From positions 1-62,894 of the IMG/VR virus record IMGVR_UViG_3300023283_000096: 62,894 nt of DNA; one strand, given 5' to 3'. The notes beneath the pieces are model-generated. The model was not told the DNA's origin and did not search any database. It saw only the letters and a program-made list of their open reading frames with translations. Positions 49,838 through 59,117 of this stretch are shown one piece after another. Positions within the stretch are counted from its first letter, which is position 1. Every line of letters begins with the position of its first letter. The translations under genes were made by a program, and so were the position numbers. The DNA comes from a virus (taxonomy: Duplodnaviria; Caudoviricetes).

Positions 49838-50587
49838 CTACACGACATTTCGGCGGCAATGTCCCGTGCCACCGTAGGCGCGTTTGCCACGCCCAACCGT
49901 GCCTGCCTTGTATGGGCAGAACCGGCAGGCATGCTGCGACGGGTGCGCGGGGAACAGCTCGGCTTCGATCACTTTCGTATGTCGCTCCTTCATGCGCGGG
50001 AAATTGGCCAGTACTTGTCTGCGTGTGAATACTTTGATCGTCGGATTCCCCGCGTTCTGTGGCTGATCGAGATACCACAGTTGGAGTGTGAACTCCTGGA
50101 CTTCCGGCTCGGTAAGTGCATAGCCCGTTGCGTATTCCATGCACTGATCGTGGTGTTTGATTTCGTTGCCGTCTTTGGCGCCCGACTTCAAATCCCCTAT
50201 CACGATCTGCTCTGCATTCGGACGAATAACAAAGTCAGCGATCATCCGATAGATTACCTGCTTGTCAAAGTACTCCACCGGCTGCCACGCCACGTTGAAC
50301 GCCAGCTTCTCTTCGAGGCTGACGATGCCACGACCATACAGCGTCTTGAGCTTGTCGAAGCGCTCCTTGAAGTCCATGAGCTCTTCAGGCAGACGTCGCA
50401 GCCGCCCGTCGACATAGCGCTCGGCCAGGTCGTGCAAGCGAGAACCACGATCGAGCGGGTGCTCGAGCCCTGGAATCTCCGGGCGCGGGTCAGGAATCTT
50501 GTCGATGTGCCGGTACTTGAAAAACAACGGGCATTTTTCATAGTCACTGGCACGCGAAAAACTCGATGCGCGGGCTGGCTTAGTCAA
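49838..50587 (-). CDS. Cas4/RecB-like PD-(D/E)XK exonuclease
   Basis: SFSR...KCP, RGSRLH, ADF...GDLKSG, CRFCPY...C. Confidence 0.85.
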   Translation of the reverse strand: MTKPARASSFSRASDYEKCPLFFKYRHIDKIPDPRPEIPGLEHPLDRGSRLHDLAERYVDGRLRRLPEELMDFKERFDKLKTLYGRGIVSLEEKLAFNVAWQPVEYFDKQVIYRMIADFVIRPNAEQIVIGDLKSGAKDGNEIKHHDQCMEYATGYALTEPEVQEFTLQLWYLDQPQNAGNPTIKVFTRRQVLANFPRMKERHTKVIEAELFPAHPSQHACRFCPYKAGTVGRGKRAYGGTGHCRRNVV

Positions 50588-51128
50588 CGATCATTACCTC
50601 TATGGCGTTGTGGACAGCTTCGTGGAAGAGCGTCAGGTCAAAGTCAAACTGGTCTACACTATAGTACGGCAGTAGCACGCTGAGCTCGTTGGCATCCCAT
50701 TGAGCCAGTGGCTTGTCTCGCCAGCCGTCAGCGAAGTCGTCATAGAACGAAGCGAAACCATCGCGCGAACGGAACTTGTCCTGGATGTCCTGGTTGAGTT
50801 TCTCCGAGTCTCCGACGAGCTCGTGGTAGATCCGCCGCAGCCGATAGCGCTCGCTGACTGTGCAGAGGATACGGTCGGTCTCGAAGTTATATTCGCGCGG
50901 ACTAATCAGTTCCTTGAATTCGAAGCCCACCATCAAATGCTCCTTGTCGTGGTACTCGAGGTCGTCTTCGAGCGTGGCCTCATAAAGCTCCACGTAAGCA
51001 CGTGCGACGGCTTCGAAGTTGATTCGATAGTCTTCGATGTGCTCATGCACGATTTCAGACTCGATCATGTCGTCGATCCACGACTCGTAGAAGCCGTCGA
51101 AGGGTATGAATACTTCAGGGTTGCTCAT
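50580..51128 (-). CDS. Acidic conserved phage protein
   Basis: IPFDGFYES, SPREYNFETDRI, SRDGFASFY; AAGGAG RBS. Confidence 0.7.
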   Translation of the reverse strand: MSNPEVFIPFDGFYESWIDDMIESEIVHEHIEDYRINFEAVARAYVELYEATLEDDLEYHDKEHLMVGFEFKELISPREYNFETDRILCTVSERYRLRRIYHELVGDSEKLNQDIQDKFRSRDGFASFYDDFADGWRDKPLAQWDANELSVLLPYYSVDQFDFDLTLFHEAVHNAIEVMIVD

Positions 51129-51297
51129 TATCTTCTCCTTGTATCCCATGCAACGGGCATTTGGGGTTCGTCCAGAACACGGCGTCTTCACCTCCGCTGT
51201 ACCAGGCGCCGCGCCCATGCGCGTTATCGAGCACCGGGCAAAAACAGCCAAGTTCGATGGCCTCGTCGCTGCCGGGGTTAGGTATGTCATTCATCAC
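51115..51297 (-). CDS. Small Cys-containing phage protein
   Basis: PNPGSDEAIELGCFCPVLDN...CPLHG. Confidence 0.7.
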   Translation of the reverse strand: MMNDIPNPGSDEAIELGCFCPVLDNAHGRGAWYSGGEDAVFWTNPKCPLHGIQGEDNEQP

Positions 51298-52640
51298 TTT
51301 TCTCCTTCCAGCATCTCCATGAGTTCAACCATCGCGTCGCGCTTGTCTGTCGTGCGCTGGTATACGGATTTTTCAATCGTACCCACGGCACTGACCATCA
51401 CGTTCTCAGTCTCCTGGGTCTGGCTGCCGCGGTGGACCCGGTGCTTGCCCTGGACCAGCAGGTCTGCCCGGTCTGTGGGCGAACACCAGATCGTCGCTGT
51501 GCCTCGGGTCAGCGTCAGGCCGTGGGCGCCTGTCTGCGGGTGCATCAGCAGCGTCTGGTACTCGCCGGCCTGGTAGGCGCGCACGATAGCGTTGCGCTCT
51601 CGCGTATGGCGCGTGATCTCGGCCCAGGCAATCTTGCGGGCCTCGAGGGCCTTGATCAGCGACTCACGCTGGTGGTCCCAGTTGTAGAACACGATACTGT
51701 GCTCACGCTCGCGCACCAGGTCGACGACGAGCTCGACGCGGCCATCGTCGATCGTATGGACCTTGCCCAGCTCACCGTAGACGGCCCCCGAGGCCAGCTG
51801 CAGCAGCTTGCCACGCAGCACCGCGGCGTTGACGGCGTTGACCGTGCCGTCCTTGAGGGCGACGATAGCTTCTTCCTTGAGCTGCTCGTAGAGTGCCATG
51901 AGCTTGGCTGAGGGCCGGTAGAACACCATGTGTTCGGTGTTGCCAGGCACGTCGGGCATGACTTCTTCAAACTTGTGGCGGATTGTTACGTCGCTCAGGA
52001 TCTGGGCGACACTGTCACGTGCCTCGGGCTTGTCGACCCACTTGACCCAGTTGGGCTGCGCCGGGTTGACATATTCAGGCTTGCACACGACGTCGCGGAA
52101 CTTGACGAAGCTTTTGCCCAGCCGTTGGCCGCCGTCGAGGATCAGCGCCTGGTGCCAGATGTCGGTGATCGAGCGCGACGTGGGCGTGCCCGTGAGCAGC
52201 GCGCGGCGATCGAAGTACTTCGAAATCTTGCGCAGAGCTTTGCTGCGTTGGGATGTGTGGTGCTTGAAGTCGCTGGACTCGTCGACGATCAGTGTGTCGA
52301 ACGAGTCGAAGAACTTCTTTGGCCGCTTGGCCAGCCACTTGGCCGCGTCGGTGTTGGTGATGTAGACATCTGCTGGTGTGCTGAAAGCATCGATGCGGTT
52401 CTTGGCCCAGGCAATCGAATAGCGCAGATCTGGTTGGAACTTGTCTATGTCGTCTCCCCACGCAGAGTCGAGCAGAGACTTCGGGGCGATGATCAGCGCG
52501 CGCTTGTTGGCGTATTCGACGAAGGCGTCGATGGCGGCTCGGGATTTGCCCGAGCCCGGACTACTTAGATCAAACATATAAGGTGTTCGCCCATAGAACT
52601 GGAAAGTCTGTTCCTGGTGTGGCCAGCGTTCGGGGATCAT
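51294..52640 (-). CDS. SNF2-like SF2 helicase
   Basis: PGSGKS, IVDES, LLTGTP, GAHGLTL and QGKHRVHR motifs. Confidence 0.9.
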   Translation of the reverse strand: MIPERWPHQEQTFQFYGRTPYMFDLSSPGSGKSRAAIDAFVEYANKRALIIAPKSLLDSAWGDDIDKFQPDLRYSIAWAKNRIDAFSTPADVYITNTDAAKWLAKRPKKFFDSFDTLIVDESSDFKHHTSQRSKALRKISKYFDRRALLTGTPTSRSITDIWHQALILDGGQRLGKSFVKFRDVVCKPEYVNPAQPNWVKWVDKPEARDSVAQILSDVTIRHKFEEVMPDVPGNTEHMVFYRPSAKLMALYEQLKEEAIVALKDGTVNAVNAAVLRGKLLQLASGAVYGELGKVHTIDDGRVELVVDLVREREHSIVFYNWDHQRESLIKALEARKIAWAEITRHTRERNAIVRAYQAGEYQTLLMHPQTGAHGLTLTRGTATIWCSPTDRADLLVQGKHRVHRGSQTQETENVMVSAVGTIEKSVYQRTTDKRDAMVELMEMLEGEK

Positions 52641-52846
52641 GACTCGTTGAGTTCCTGGCTAAGTAGATACGCAGGTAGTTCTGCCAAGCGCTGTTCAAGT
52701 CTGGCTACATCTTGTCGTATATCCGAGATCGTAGCCATGTCGTGCAGGTTTTCTTCGTCTTCGAACTCACACTGGAGTTCAAGTAGAAGAGTGTTAACTT
52801 GTTCAAGATACGTTCTTGATAAATTCCACGGTGTTTTCTTATTCAT
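52637..52846 (-). CDS. Hypothetical protein
   Basis: GAGGAG RBS, 69 aa, coupled. Confidence 0.6.
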   Translation of the reverse strand: MNKKTPWNLSRTYLEQVNTLLLELQCEFEDEENLHDMATISDIRQDVARLEQRLAELPAYLLSQELNES

Positions 52847-55191
52847 TTTACACTCCTCAGTCTGGTTGTCTCCATCACGTCATCCACGAACACCTCCGGC
52901 TTCTGCCACTGCACGGTCATGCTTTGTACCAGCTTGTTGTCTTTCCGATGGCGCTCAAACGTGATACCGTAATGCTTGACCAGCGACGAAAACTTGTTCG
53001 CTGTGCGTGGCATGTCGCCGATCGTGTAGTTGGCCAGCGCCTTGACCTGATCTCTTGTGATGACATGCACCTTGTTTTTCAGCGCATGGTCTTCAGCTTC
53101 TCTCAGGATGCCCGTAAAGTGCTCCTGGTCGACAGCGTGCATGGTGTCCGTTGCCATGCCTGCGTCCGTTGGCAGGTTGTCGATGAAAAATTGCAGATTC
53201 CCATTGCGCAGTGCACTGAACATGATCTCCAGCGACGTTCTGCTCAGGAACATCAGCTTCTCGCGGGCTTCGTTTTGCAATGGTGTCTTGGCTTTTTCAA
53301 CATCGGCATTCGCGTTTTGCAATATCCAAGCGAAAGTCGGGAGCTCGCGTTCGATGCGTTTGATGTCGCTGGTGTCGAGGTCAAGCTTTTTATCCTGGTA
53401 GAAGCCGACATTGATACGCCGATCGCCGGACTCGATGGTAATCGGGTCTGGATAGTTCGACGCCACGATAATATTCATATAGTTTTTGGCTATGTAATGC
53501 CCAGTATTCATAGCCCGTATCGATATTACCGGGTCAGTACAAGCCTGCTTGAGCTTGGCCATGACCGACTCCATGTCCCGGATCTGCGTACGCTTGGACT
53601 CGTCGATCATCAGGATCACACAGCGCTCCATGTAGTGGTTGTACTTGTCCTCGAGCTCACTGAGCGACTTGACCGACACATATTCCTGGCCGAGCAAGGG
53701 CGCCAGGATCTTGTGGACCAGCACACCTTTCCCCGTGCCAGGCACGCCGTGGAAGACCCACATGGTCTGCGTGCGCTGGCGCTGCTGGACGATCACAGCC
53801 ATCCAGTTGAGCAGGTGTGTGACGACCTCCTTATCGTTGCCACAGACCGACTCGATTACTTTACTGATCGTCGGCGGGAATTCATTCGTAGTTGGCGGTT
53901 TGGCATTGCGCAGCACCGGGCTGGGTCGGTACTGGTTGACGAACTTTTCTTCGGGTACGAATATACGGTCGTCGTCGAATCGGAACAGATAATCCCACTC
54001 TTCAATATAGTCCCCGACGAATTGTCCGTGCTGTTTCAAAAAGTCCTCGACCTTTTTGACGTTACCTGTCGGATAAATGTCGAGGTCGTATGCTTCGGGA
54101 TCGTACGTGCCACGGTAGTATGTGTCTGATTTCCGATCGAGGAAGGCGAAGTATTTGATATCTCCGGTGCCGCGGTGAGTTTCCTTGAGCTCTTCTTTCT
54201 TGAATGCCCTGTAGTAACCGGGAATCAACTCCTTGGCCAGATAATTCGGCTCACCCTTGAAGTTGTAGATAATCTCCGGACTGTCGATTGGATGATAGTA
54301 GCCCCACGAATCACCACCGTTGATGTTTAAGTACATGAAGCCCCGCTCCGACTTCATGCCTGTGACTTCAGTCTCGCCTGGGTTTTGCAGTACCTCGGTG
54401 CCAGCGACGGTCCTGGTCTTGAATGTCCGGGCCTTGAGCCCCATCTTTTTACGCAGCTCGGTGAGCTTGTCTTGTTTGAGCTGCTGCACGCGCGTGGCGT
54501 CGATGTCACTGACCAGGCCGCTGATGTCGATCTCGTTGTGTGTTCTGGTCTCGATCGTCACGCGCTCATCGATTGGATCCTCGAAGCCTGTACAGTTCGG
54601 TGGTGAAATGTAGAGCAGCTTACTGTTGTCGGCGACTGAAATGTCAAGCGGCCACCTGAGTGCTGCCGCGGTGCGGGTCAATGAGATATGATCAGCAAGC
54701 ATTGAGATGTTAAGGTTGCGCTCCATGAGCCAGAGCTTGAGCTGATTCGGCAGTACAGGCTCACTGAGCATGAAGAACAAATGCGCGCCGAACTTCTTGG
54801 TAATGCCATGGCTCGATGAATACTGCTTGATGTAACTGACGTCGCTGAGGCCAAGTTCACCGAGCAGCCTGGACAGCCGTGACTCATCATCAAAGTAGTC
54901 CAGGTCCAGACACATCCACGATGTACGTACGTATGGGTCTGTCGCTCCAGCGCGGCTTTCAACATAGAGGTCCCGATTGAGCGTGCCTTTCATCAGGCAA
55001 TGCCCTTGTTCGCCGTGAGTGGCAATCAGGTCTTTGAAGTCGGTTAGTGAAGCAGCATGTTCTTTTATGGACGAGACGTTCTTGGCAAGCGGGTAAGGTT
55101 CTACTTTATACTGGCCCCCCTGCTTGGTGAATGATTTAACGAGCGGTATCCTGGCCTCGAGGAAATAAAGATCCATGTGGCTTTTTCTCAT
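52843..55191 (-). CDS. Primase-helicase (PrimPol-like + SF3 helicase)
   Basis: CLDLD and SSSHG...HLFF primase-like motifs; GVPGTGKG, MIDES and VASN SF3 motifs. Confidence 0.85.
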   Translation of the reverse strand: MRKSHMDLYFLEARIPLVKSFTKQGGQYKVEPYPLAKNVSSIKEHAASLTDFKDLIATHGEQGHCLMKGTLNRDLYVESRAGATDPYVRTSWMCLDLDYFDDESRLSRLLGELGLSDVSYIKQYSSSHGITKKFGAHLFFMLSEPVLPNQLKLWLMERNLNISMLADHISLTRTAAALRWPLDISVADNSKLLYISPPNCTGFEDPIDERVTIETRTHNEIDISGLVSDIDATRVQQLKQDKLTELRKKMGLKARTFKTRTVAGTEVLQNPGETEVTGMKSERGFMYLNINGGDSWGYYHPIDSPEIIYNFKGEPNYLAKELIPGYYRAFKKEELKETHRGTGDIKYFAFLDRKSDTYYRGTYDPEAYDLDIYPTGNVKKVEDFLKQHGQFVGDYIEEWDYLFRFDDDRIFVPEEKFVNQYRPSPVLRNAKPPTTNEFPPTISKVIESVCGNDKEVVTHLLNWMAVIVQQRQRTQTMWVFHGVPGTGKGVLVHKILAPLLGQEYVSVKSLSELEDKYNHYMERCVILMIDESKRTQIRDMESVMAKLKQACTDPVISIRAMNTGHYIAKNYMNIIVASNYPDPITIESGDRRINVGFYQDKKLDLDTSDIKRIERELPTFAWILQNANADVEKAKTPLQNEAREKLMFLSRTSLEIMFSALRNGNLQFFIDNLPTDAGMATDTMHAVDQEHFTGILREAEDHALKNKVHVITRDQVKALANYTIGDMPRTANKFSSLVKHYGITFERHRKDNKLVQSMTVQWQKPEVFVDDVMETTRLRSVK

Positions 55192-55215
55192 CTTTGTGGT
55201 GTAGCGGGTCTATCG

Positions 55216-55245
55216 ATCTTACCACCCAACGAGCCGCAAAATCAA
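55216..55245 (-). promoter_or_regulatory. Sigma70-type promoter for the replication genes
   Basis: TTGATT-18 nt-TAAGAT with extended -10 TGn. Confidence 0.55.
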
Positions 55246-55258
55246 TAGATGTTATCTA

Positions 55259-55495
55259 TTAATCCGGCTGTTCCAATCGTTTCAGCCATGAAATCAACGT
55301 GATCCTGGCCGCTTTCGCGGCGTCTTTGGGCGTGGCATGCTGGGTGATCAGCCGACCATAGTGGTGCCTGGCTGCATGAGGCAATTCACATATTAACGAT
55401 GACTCATGTTCGCCTTGCTCGATCTCGAACAGGCGCACGTCGCCGACGTAGCCGTCTACGATCTTGTCCGTTACGCGTTGCCAGCGGATTTTCAA
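55259..55495 (-). CDS. Hypothetical protein
   Basis: 78 aa, TTG start. Confidence 0.55.
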   Translation of the reverse strand: MKIRWQRVTDKIVDGYVGDVRLFEIEQGEHESSLICELPHAARHHYGRLITQHATPKDAAKAARITLISWLKRLEQPD

Positions 55496-55525
55496 AACAT
55501 GTCTTCCTTATCCAGCCGTTCAATT

Positions 55526-56203
55526 TCACGTCCAGTCATAGACGATAATCTCGTCGATGGCTTCGGGATCTTCGATATGGTCAGTTAGACCATTGTTCTT
55601 CCAGTCGCCACCGTAAAAACCGCCACAGCTGCCAATGACTTCTCCGTCATCGTCTTCAATCATAAAGGCCCACACATCGCCACGTAAGTAGTCGTCGTAC
55701 CCGCCGACCTCGCCGGCGAAGACTACGTCGTTCACATACATGTCAAGCGAGTCGTAGCGCGTTCCTCCACGCTCCATTGGAAAGTCGGTGTCGGTAAGCT
55801 GCAGTTCTTCTTCCGCCCGCTTACGCGTGACGTAAATGAACCCTACGCAGCCTGAGTCCCACGGGCAGTGGAATGATCCGAGGCTGATCGTGATGCCGCT
55901 GTGGTCGTAGAGATAGAGCGGGTTGTAGATGAAATGTACCTCGAATATGTCAGCTACACGCTCGGTTACGGCTTCTTCATAGGCATCGTGATCTTCGATG
56001 TCCTCATACATCTGGTCGAGCTCGTCTTCCAGGTCGATGTCACAGTGCTCGCACAGCAGGTCAATCATGTCTTCGCGCATGTCGCCTCGGCTTTCTTCGT
56101 CACCGAGCTGGTAGCGCCTATGTGCGCAGCGCATCGTGGCAATGTTATCGAAGTCGCGAGGATCTTTGGCCATGTCGTCCTGTATCAGTTTCAATGTAGT
56201 CAT
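55526..56203 (-). CDS. Acidic conserved phage protein
   Basis: PLYLYDHSGITIS...WDSGCVGFI...YLRGDVW...SCGGFYG. Confidence 0.75.
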   Translation of the reverse strand: MTTLKLIQDDMAKDPRDFDNIATMRCAHRRYQLGDEESRGDMREDMIDLLCEHCDIDLEDELDQMYEDIEDHDAYEEAVTERVADIFEVHFIYNPLYLYDHSGITISLGSFHCPWDSGCVGFIYVTRKRAEEELQLTDTDFPMERGGTRYDSLDMYVNDVVFAGEVGGYDDYLRGDVWAFMIEDDDGEVIGSCGGFYGGDWKNNGLTDHIEDPEAIDEIIVYDWT

Positions 56204-56526
56204 CGTGCATCCTCTTTTAGCAGTTCCATGATGTATTCACGCAGCTCGTCGGCGTCGTCGTCGCCAGTAAACTTTTCAAGTGCGTCAAGGTAAGAATTTT
56301 TTAGTATGCCCTGTGTTGCCTGGAATAGAGTCATGGCGGCTACGAATTGTTTGTAGTCCCACAACCAGTCTATATTTTTAAGTATGGCACTATCAGCTGC
56401 CAGGCATAAAAATTTTCTACCTTCGTTTCTATACATGAGCATATACCTTACAAACTTACGGTTTAAATACAATCCACGAAAATACTTACGTGCATCAGTT
56501 CTTAGTTTCTTCATCTTGGGTGTCAT
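56200..56526 (-). CDS. Hypothetical AT-rich protein
   Basis: GGAGG RBS, ATGA coupling. Confidence 0.65.
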   Translation of the reverse strand: MTPKMKKLRTDARKYFRGLYLNRKFVRYMLMYRNEGRKFLCLAADSAILKNIDWLWDYKQFVAAMTLFQATQGILKNSYLDALEKFTGDDDADELREYIMELLKEDAR

Positions 56527-56756
56527 CTCACGTACCTCCAGTTAGTAACTGTGCGCACTTTGTTGTCGTCGCACAGCATCGTGAACAGCCTTTCCCCACG
56601 GTAAGTCGTTTCATAGACTGCACAACGGGTCATGTCTTCGAGCAGCACCGTATGAAGCGGCCTGGGTACCTGCGGAAACCGTGCGTCGATCGTGACTAGT
56701 GTCCAGATCAGCGCGCCGATGATTAGCAGCGCCGCTGCTGCAAACAATATGCGCAT
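56523..56756 (-). CDS. Membrane-anchored small protein
   Basis: GAGGAG RBS; MRILFAAAALLIIGALIWTLV. Confidence 0.65.
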   Translation of the reverse strand: MRILFAAAALLIIGALIWTLVTIDARFPQVPRPLHTVLLEDMTRCAVYETTYRGERLFTMLCDDNKVRTVTNWRYVR

Positions 56757-56780
56757 CTTTATTCTCCTCGTCCCCAGCAT

Positions 56781-56834
56781 AAAAAAAGCCCAGCGGTACA
56801 CGTGTTGGGGACACTTGTGTACGTACCGCTGGGC
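56781..56834 (-). terminator. Rho-independent terminator, long stem
   Basis: GCCCAGCGGTAC...GTACCGCTGGGC followed by T7. Confidence 0.85.
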
Positions 56835-56876
56835 CATCCACGACTGGGGGTCGTCGTCAGCCGTGAACCTGAAAGT

Positions 56877-57329
56877 TTATCGTTCGTCGCCGTAGCCGTC
56901 GCCGTAGCCGTCGCCGTAGCCGCCGTAGCCGTAGCCGTAGTCGTAGCCGTAGCCGCCGCCGTCGCCGTCGCTGTAGCCGTAGCCGTAGCTGCCGTCGCCG
57001 TAGTTGTAGCCGTCGCCGTCGCCGTAGCCGTCGCCGTCGTCGTAGCCGTAGCCGTAGCCGTCGCCGTAGCCGTAGCTGTCGCCGTAGCCGTAGCTGTCGC
57101 CGTAGCCGTAGCTGTCGCCGTAGCCGTAGCCGTCGTCGTAGCCGTCGTTAACAGCTCTTAGTACGTAACCACGCTCGCTGGTTTCGACCAGGCTTAATGC
57201 ATAAACGGCGGGCATTGCCGCCGAAACAACAACCCCAGCTGCGAGCATTCGACGGAGCGCTTTAGCGACGCCGCTGGCGCAGGCACCGTGGCGGACGACG
57301 TCATCTGCTGTGATTATGCGTTCTGCCAT
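56877..57329 (-). CDS. Gly/Tyr/Asp-repeat protein
   Basis: HGACASG N-terminus; ~90-aa GYGDG-type tail from degenerate hexamer repeats. Confidence 0.7.
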   Translation of the reverse strand: MAERIITADDVVRHGACASGVAKALRRMLAAGVVVSAAMPAVYALSLVETSERGYVLRAVNDGYDDGYGYGDSYGYGDSYGYGDSYGYGDGYGYGYDDGDGYGDGDGYNYGDGSYGYGYSDGDGGGYGYDYGYGYGGYGDGYGDGYGDER

Positions 57330-57583
57330 GACTGCCATGCCTCATCTGTGATATCAAACAGTGCAGTGATGTCGTGCAGCATCGGAATGTCAGCTGGTGC
57401 GCTGATTAAAGACTCTTTAGTCGGTCCGGTCTCTGCCAACTCCATCACGCCGCGGGTAGTTCCGAAACGGATCGCCATGCGCGCGTTTTTCAGTGGCATT
57501 GCCTTGGCGCTGATGTCCTGATCATCTTCGATCAGGCCAGCAAATACGCCACGGTGTTGAGTCGTTACAAGTACTGCTCTCAT
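57314..57583 (-). CDS. DUF6948-like protein
   Basis: VLVTTQHRGVFAG...LKNARM...ELAETGP; GAGGAG RBS. Confidence 0.6.
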   Translation of the reverse strand: MRAVLVTTQHRGVFAGLIEDDQDISAKAMPLKNARMAIRFGTTRGVMELAETGPTKESLISAPADIPMLHDITALFDITDEAWQSWQNA

Positions 57584-57680
57584 GGTAATTCTCCTCAATG
57601 TTAAGAGTGCCCCTGGCCTATCCGGACGTTAGCCAGGGACGTGGGTTGTGGCTCGTTGTTAATCCGGGCCACCTAATGTA

Positions 57681-58499
57681 CTACAGCACCGCCTGACCAA
57701 ACAGGGCCTGGCGAGTGTTCTCACGCGTCTGCGCGCGCTCGGCACCCTTCGTGGCGTTGGTCATCGACCAGCCACGCAGCCCCAGGGCACCTGTGCAGCC
57801 GCGGCGTACATCTGGCACCTGGTTATTGTCTGCCGCCCAGTCCATGATCTGCGCGGCGAGCAGGGCCTGCGTCCTCGAAGACTCGAACAGCTCCAGCGAG
57901 CGCTCTGCGGCATCCTCGTTGCCCGCGGTGCGGTGGCGGTGGATGTTCTCGACGTGGATGTCAGCCCAGTAGATGGCGCTGGCGAAGTCCTGCTCGGCCT
58001 GCCGGCACACGGCGCGGATAAAGTTCGTGCCCATGTACTGGTTGACGTTCTCCAGGCGCTTGACAGCCAGCGACAGCTGCTTGCCGATGTCGTCAGGCTC
58101 GGGGTTGTCAGCCAGGCGGTGGGCCAGGTCAATGACTGGCTGCGCCTGGTGGGCCGCGTCGAGCTTGGTGAGCGTGGCGTTGAGCCCGCGGAACAGGGCA
58201 CTGTCACGCTTGAGCTGCGCCGCGCGCTCGTCGGCGTCGTCGTAAAACGGCTGGGCCAGTGCGACGAGGGCCTCGATCGTGCCCTTCAGGGGCTTGAGCA
58301 GCGGCTTGCCCTGGCCATCCTTGGCCCAGTAGAAACCGTCGGGCGTGTCACCGGCGCCAGCCGGCAGGTGCTCGTTGGCCTCTTGAGCATACTCGCGCTC
58401 GTGGCCATCTTCGCGCTGGCCGTTGTCGTCGCTATGCTGGGCGGCAATCTCGTCGTAGGGTGCCGAGCCAGTGGATGGTGTTTCGTTGAGATTTGACAT
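57681..58499 (-). CDS. Hypothetical early protein (272 aa)
   Basis: AAGGAG RBS; strong GC3 codon bias. Confidence 0.75.
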   Translation of the reverse strand: MSNLNETPSTGSAPYDEIAAQHSDDNGQREDGHEREYAQEANEHLPAGAGDTPDGFYWAKDGQGKPLLKPLKGTIEALVALAQPFYDDADERAAQLKRDSALFRGLNATLTKLDAAHQAQPVIDLAHRLADNPEPDDIGKQLSLAVKRLENVNQYMGTNFIRAVCRQAEQDFASAIYWADIHVENIHRHRTAGNEDAAERSLELFESSRTQALLAAQIMDWAADNNQVPDVRRGCTGALGLRGWSMTNATKGAERAQTRENTRQALFGQAVL

Positions 58500-58523
58500 A
58501 GTGTTACTCCTTACTGTGGTGTG

Positions 58524-58607
58524 TTAAGCCGCAGCTAACAGGGCTGCGACGGTCATGGCGCTCTGGATCAGGGTGATCAGAGCGAGTACTACTTTGATAA
58601 AGAACAT
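58524..58607 (-). CDS. 27-aa hydrophobic micropeptide
   Basis: GAGGAG RBS; MFFIKVVLALITLIQSAMTVAALLAAA. Confidence 0.5.
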   Translation of the reverse strand: MFFIKVVLALITLIQSAMTVAALLAAA

Positions 58608-58666
58608 TTAAGGTCTCCTCGTTACCGGTGTGTTCAGCCAGCCACCGCGGCCAGCTCACCCGACCA

Positions 58667-58699
58667 CCCATCAGGCGCGCGACGCCTCCGGCGGAGCGC
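58667..58699 (-). promoter_or_regulatory. Conserved 33-bp early-gene leader motif, copy B
   Basis: 30/33 identical to 348-380. Confidence 0.6.
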
Positions 58700-59117
58700 T
58701 GTTGTGTGGGGACTGAACTGATCTTCTGCTGGGCGTTGTAGGCGTGGCCGGGTACCGTTCGATCGTAGCGCGTAGCCAGTCTTTGTGTTCGTGCCACCAG
58801 TCGAGGGCTTTAGGGTCCATCTGCGCAATTATTTGGTCATCGAACCGCCACCAGTCGTCGATGAGGTGGCCTTCGCAGCTAATCTGTAGAAAATCAGAGG
58901 TGTAGGTAACTATCCAGTATGGCAGGCATATAAGCGTGCGGATTTCTTCACCGTTGCCAGTACAATCCTCCAAGTTAGCTACGAACAGGTCAGCGCTGTA
59001 CAGGTTAGCTCTGTACAGGTCAGCTCTGTACAGGTTAGCCCCGCACAGGTTAGCCCCGCGCAGGTCAGCTCCGAACAGGTCAGCTTCAGGTTCTATTGTG
59101 TAGCCGTTAATCTCCAT
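58671..59117 (-). CDS. Pentapeptide-repeat protein
   Basis: A(D/N)Lxx x8 followed by LQISCEGH...WWRF. Confidence 0.85.
   Translation of the reverse strand: MEINGYTIEPEADLFGADLRGANLCGANLYRADLYRANLYSADLFVANLEDCTGNGEEIRTLICLPYWIVTYTSDFLQISCEGHLIDDWWRFDDQIIAQMDPKALDWWHEHKDWLRATIERYPATPTTPSRRSVQSPHNSAPPEASRA

Noticed and set aside
52816-54129. Long antisense ORFs (also 44217-45389, 5947-7134, 15092-16036)
   Set aside because: Shadows of GC3-biased genes on the opposite strand, without RBS or recognisable motifs
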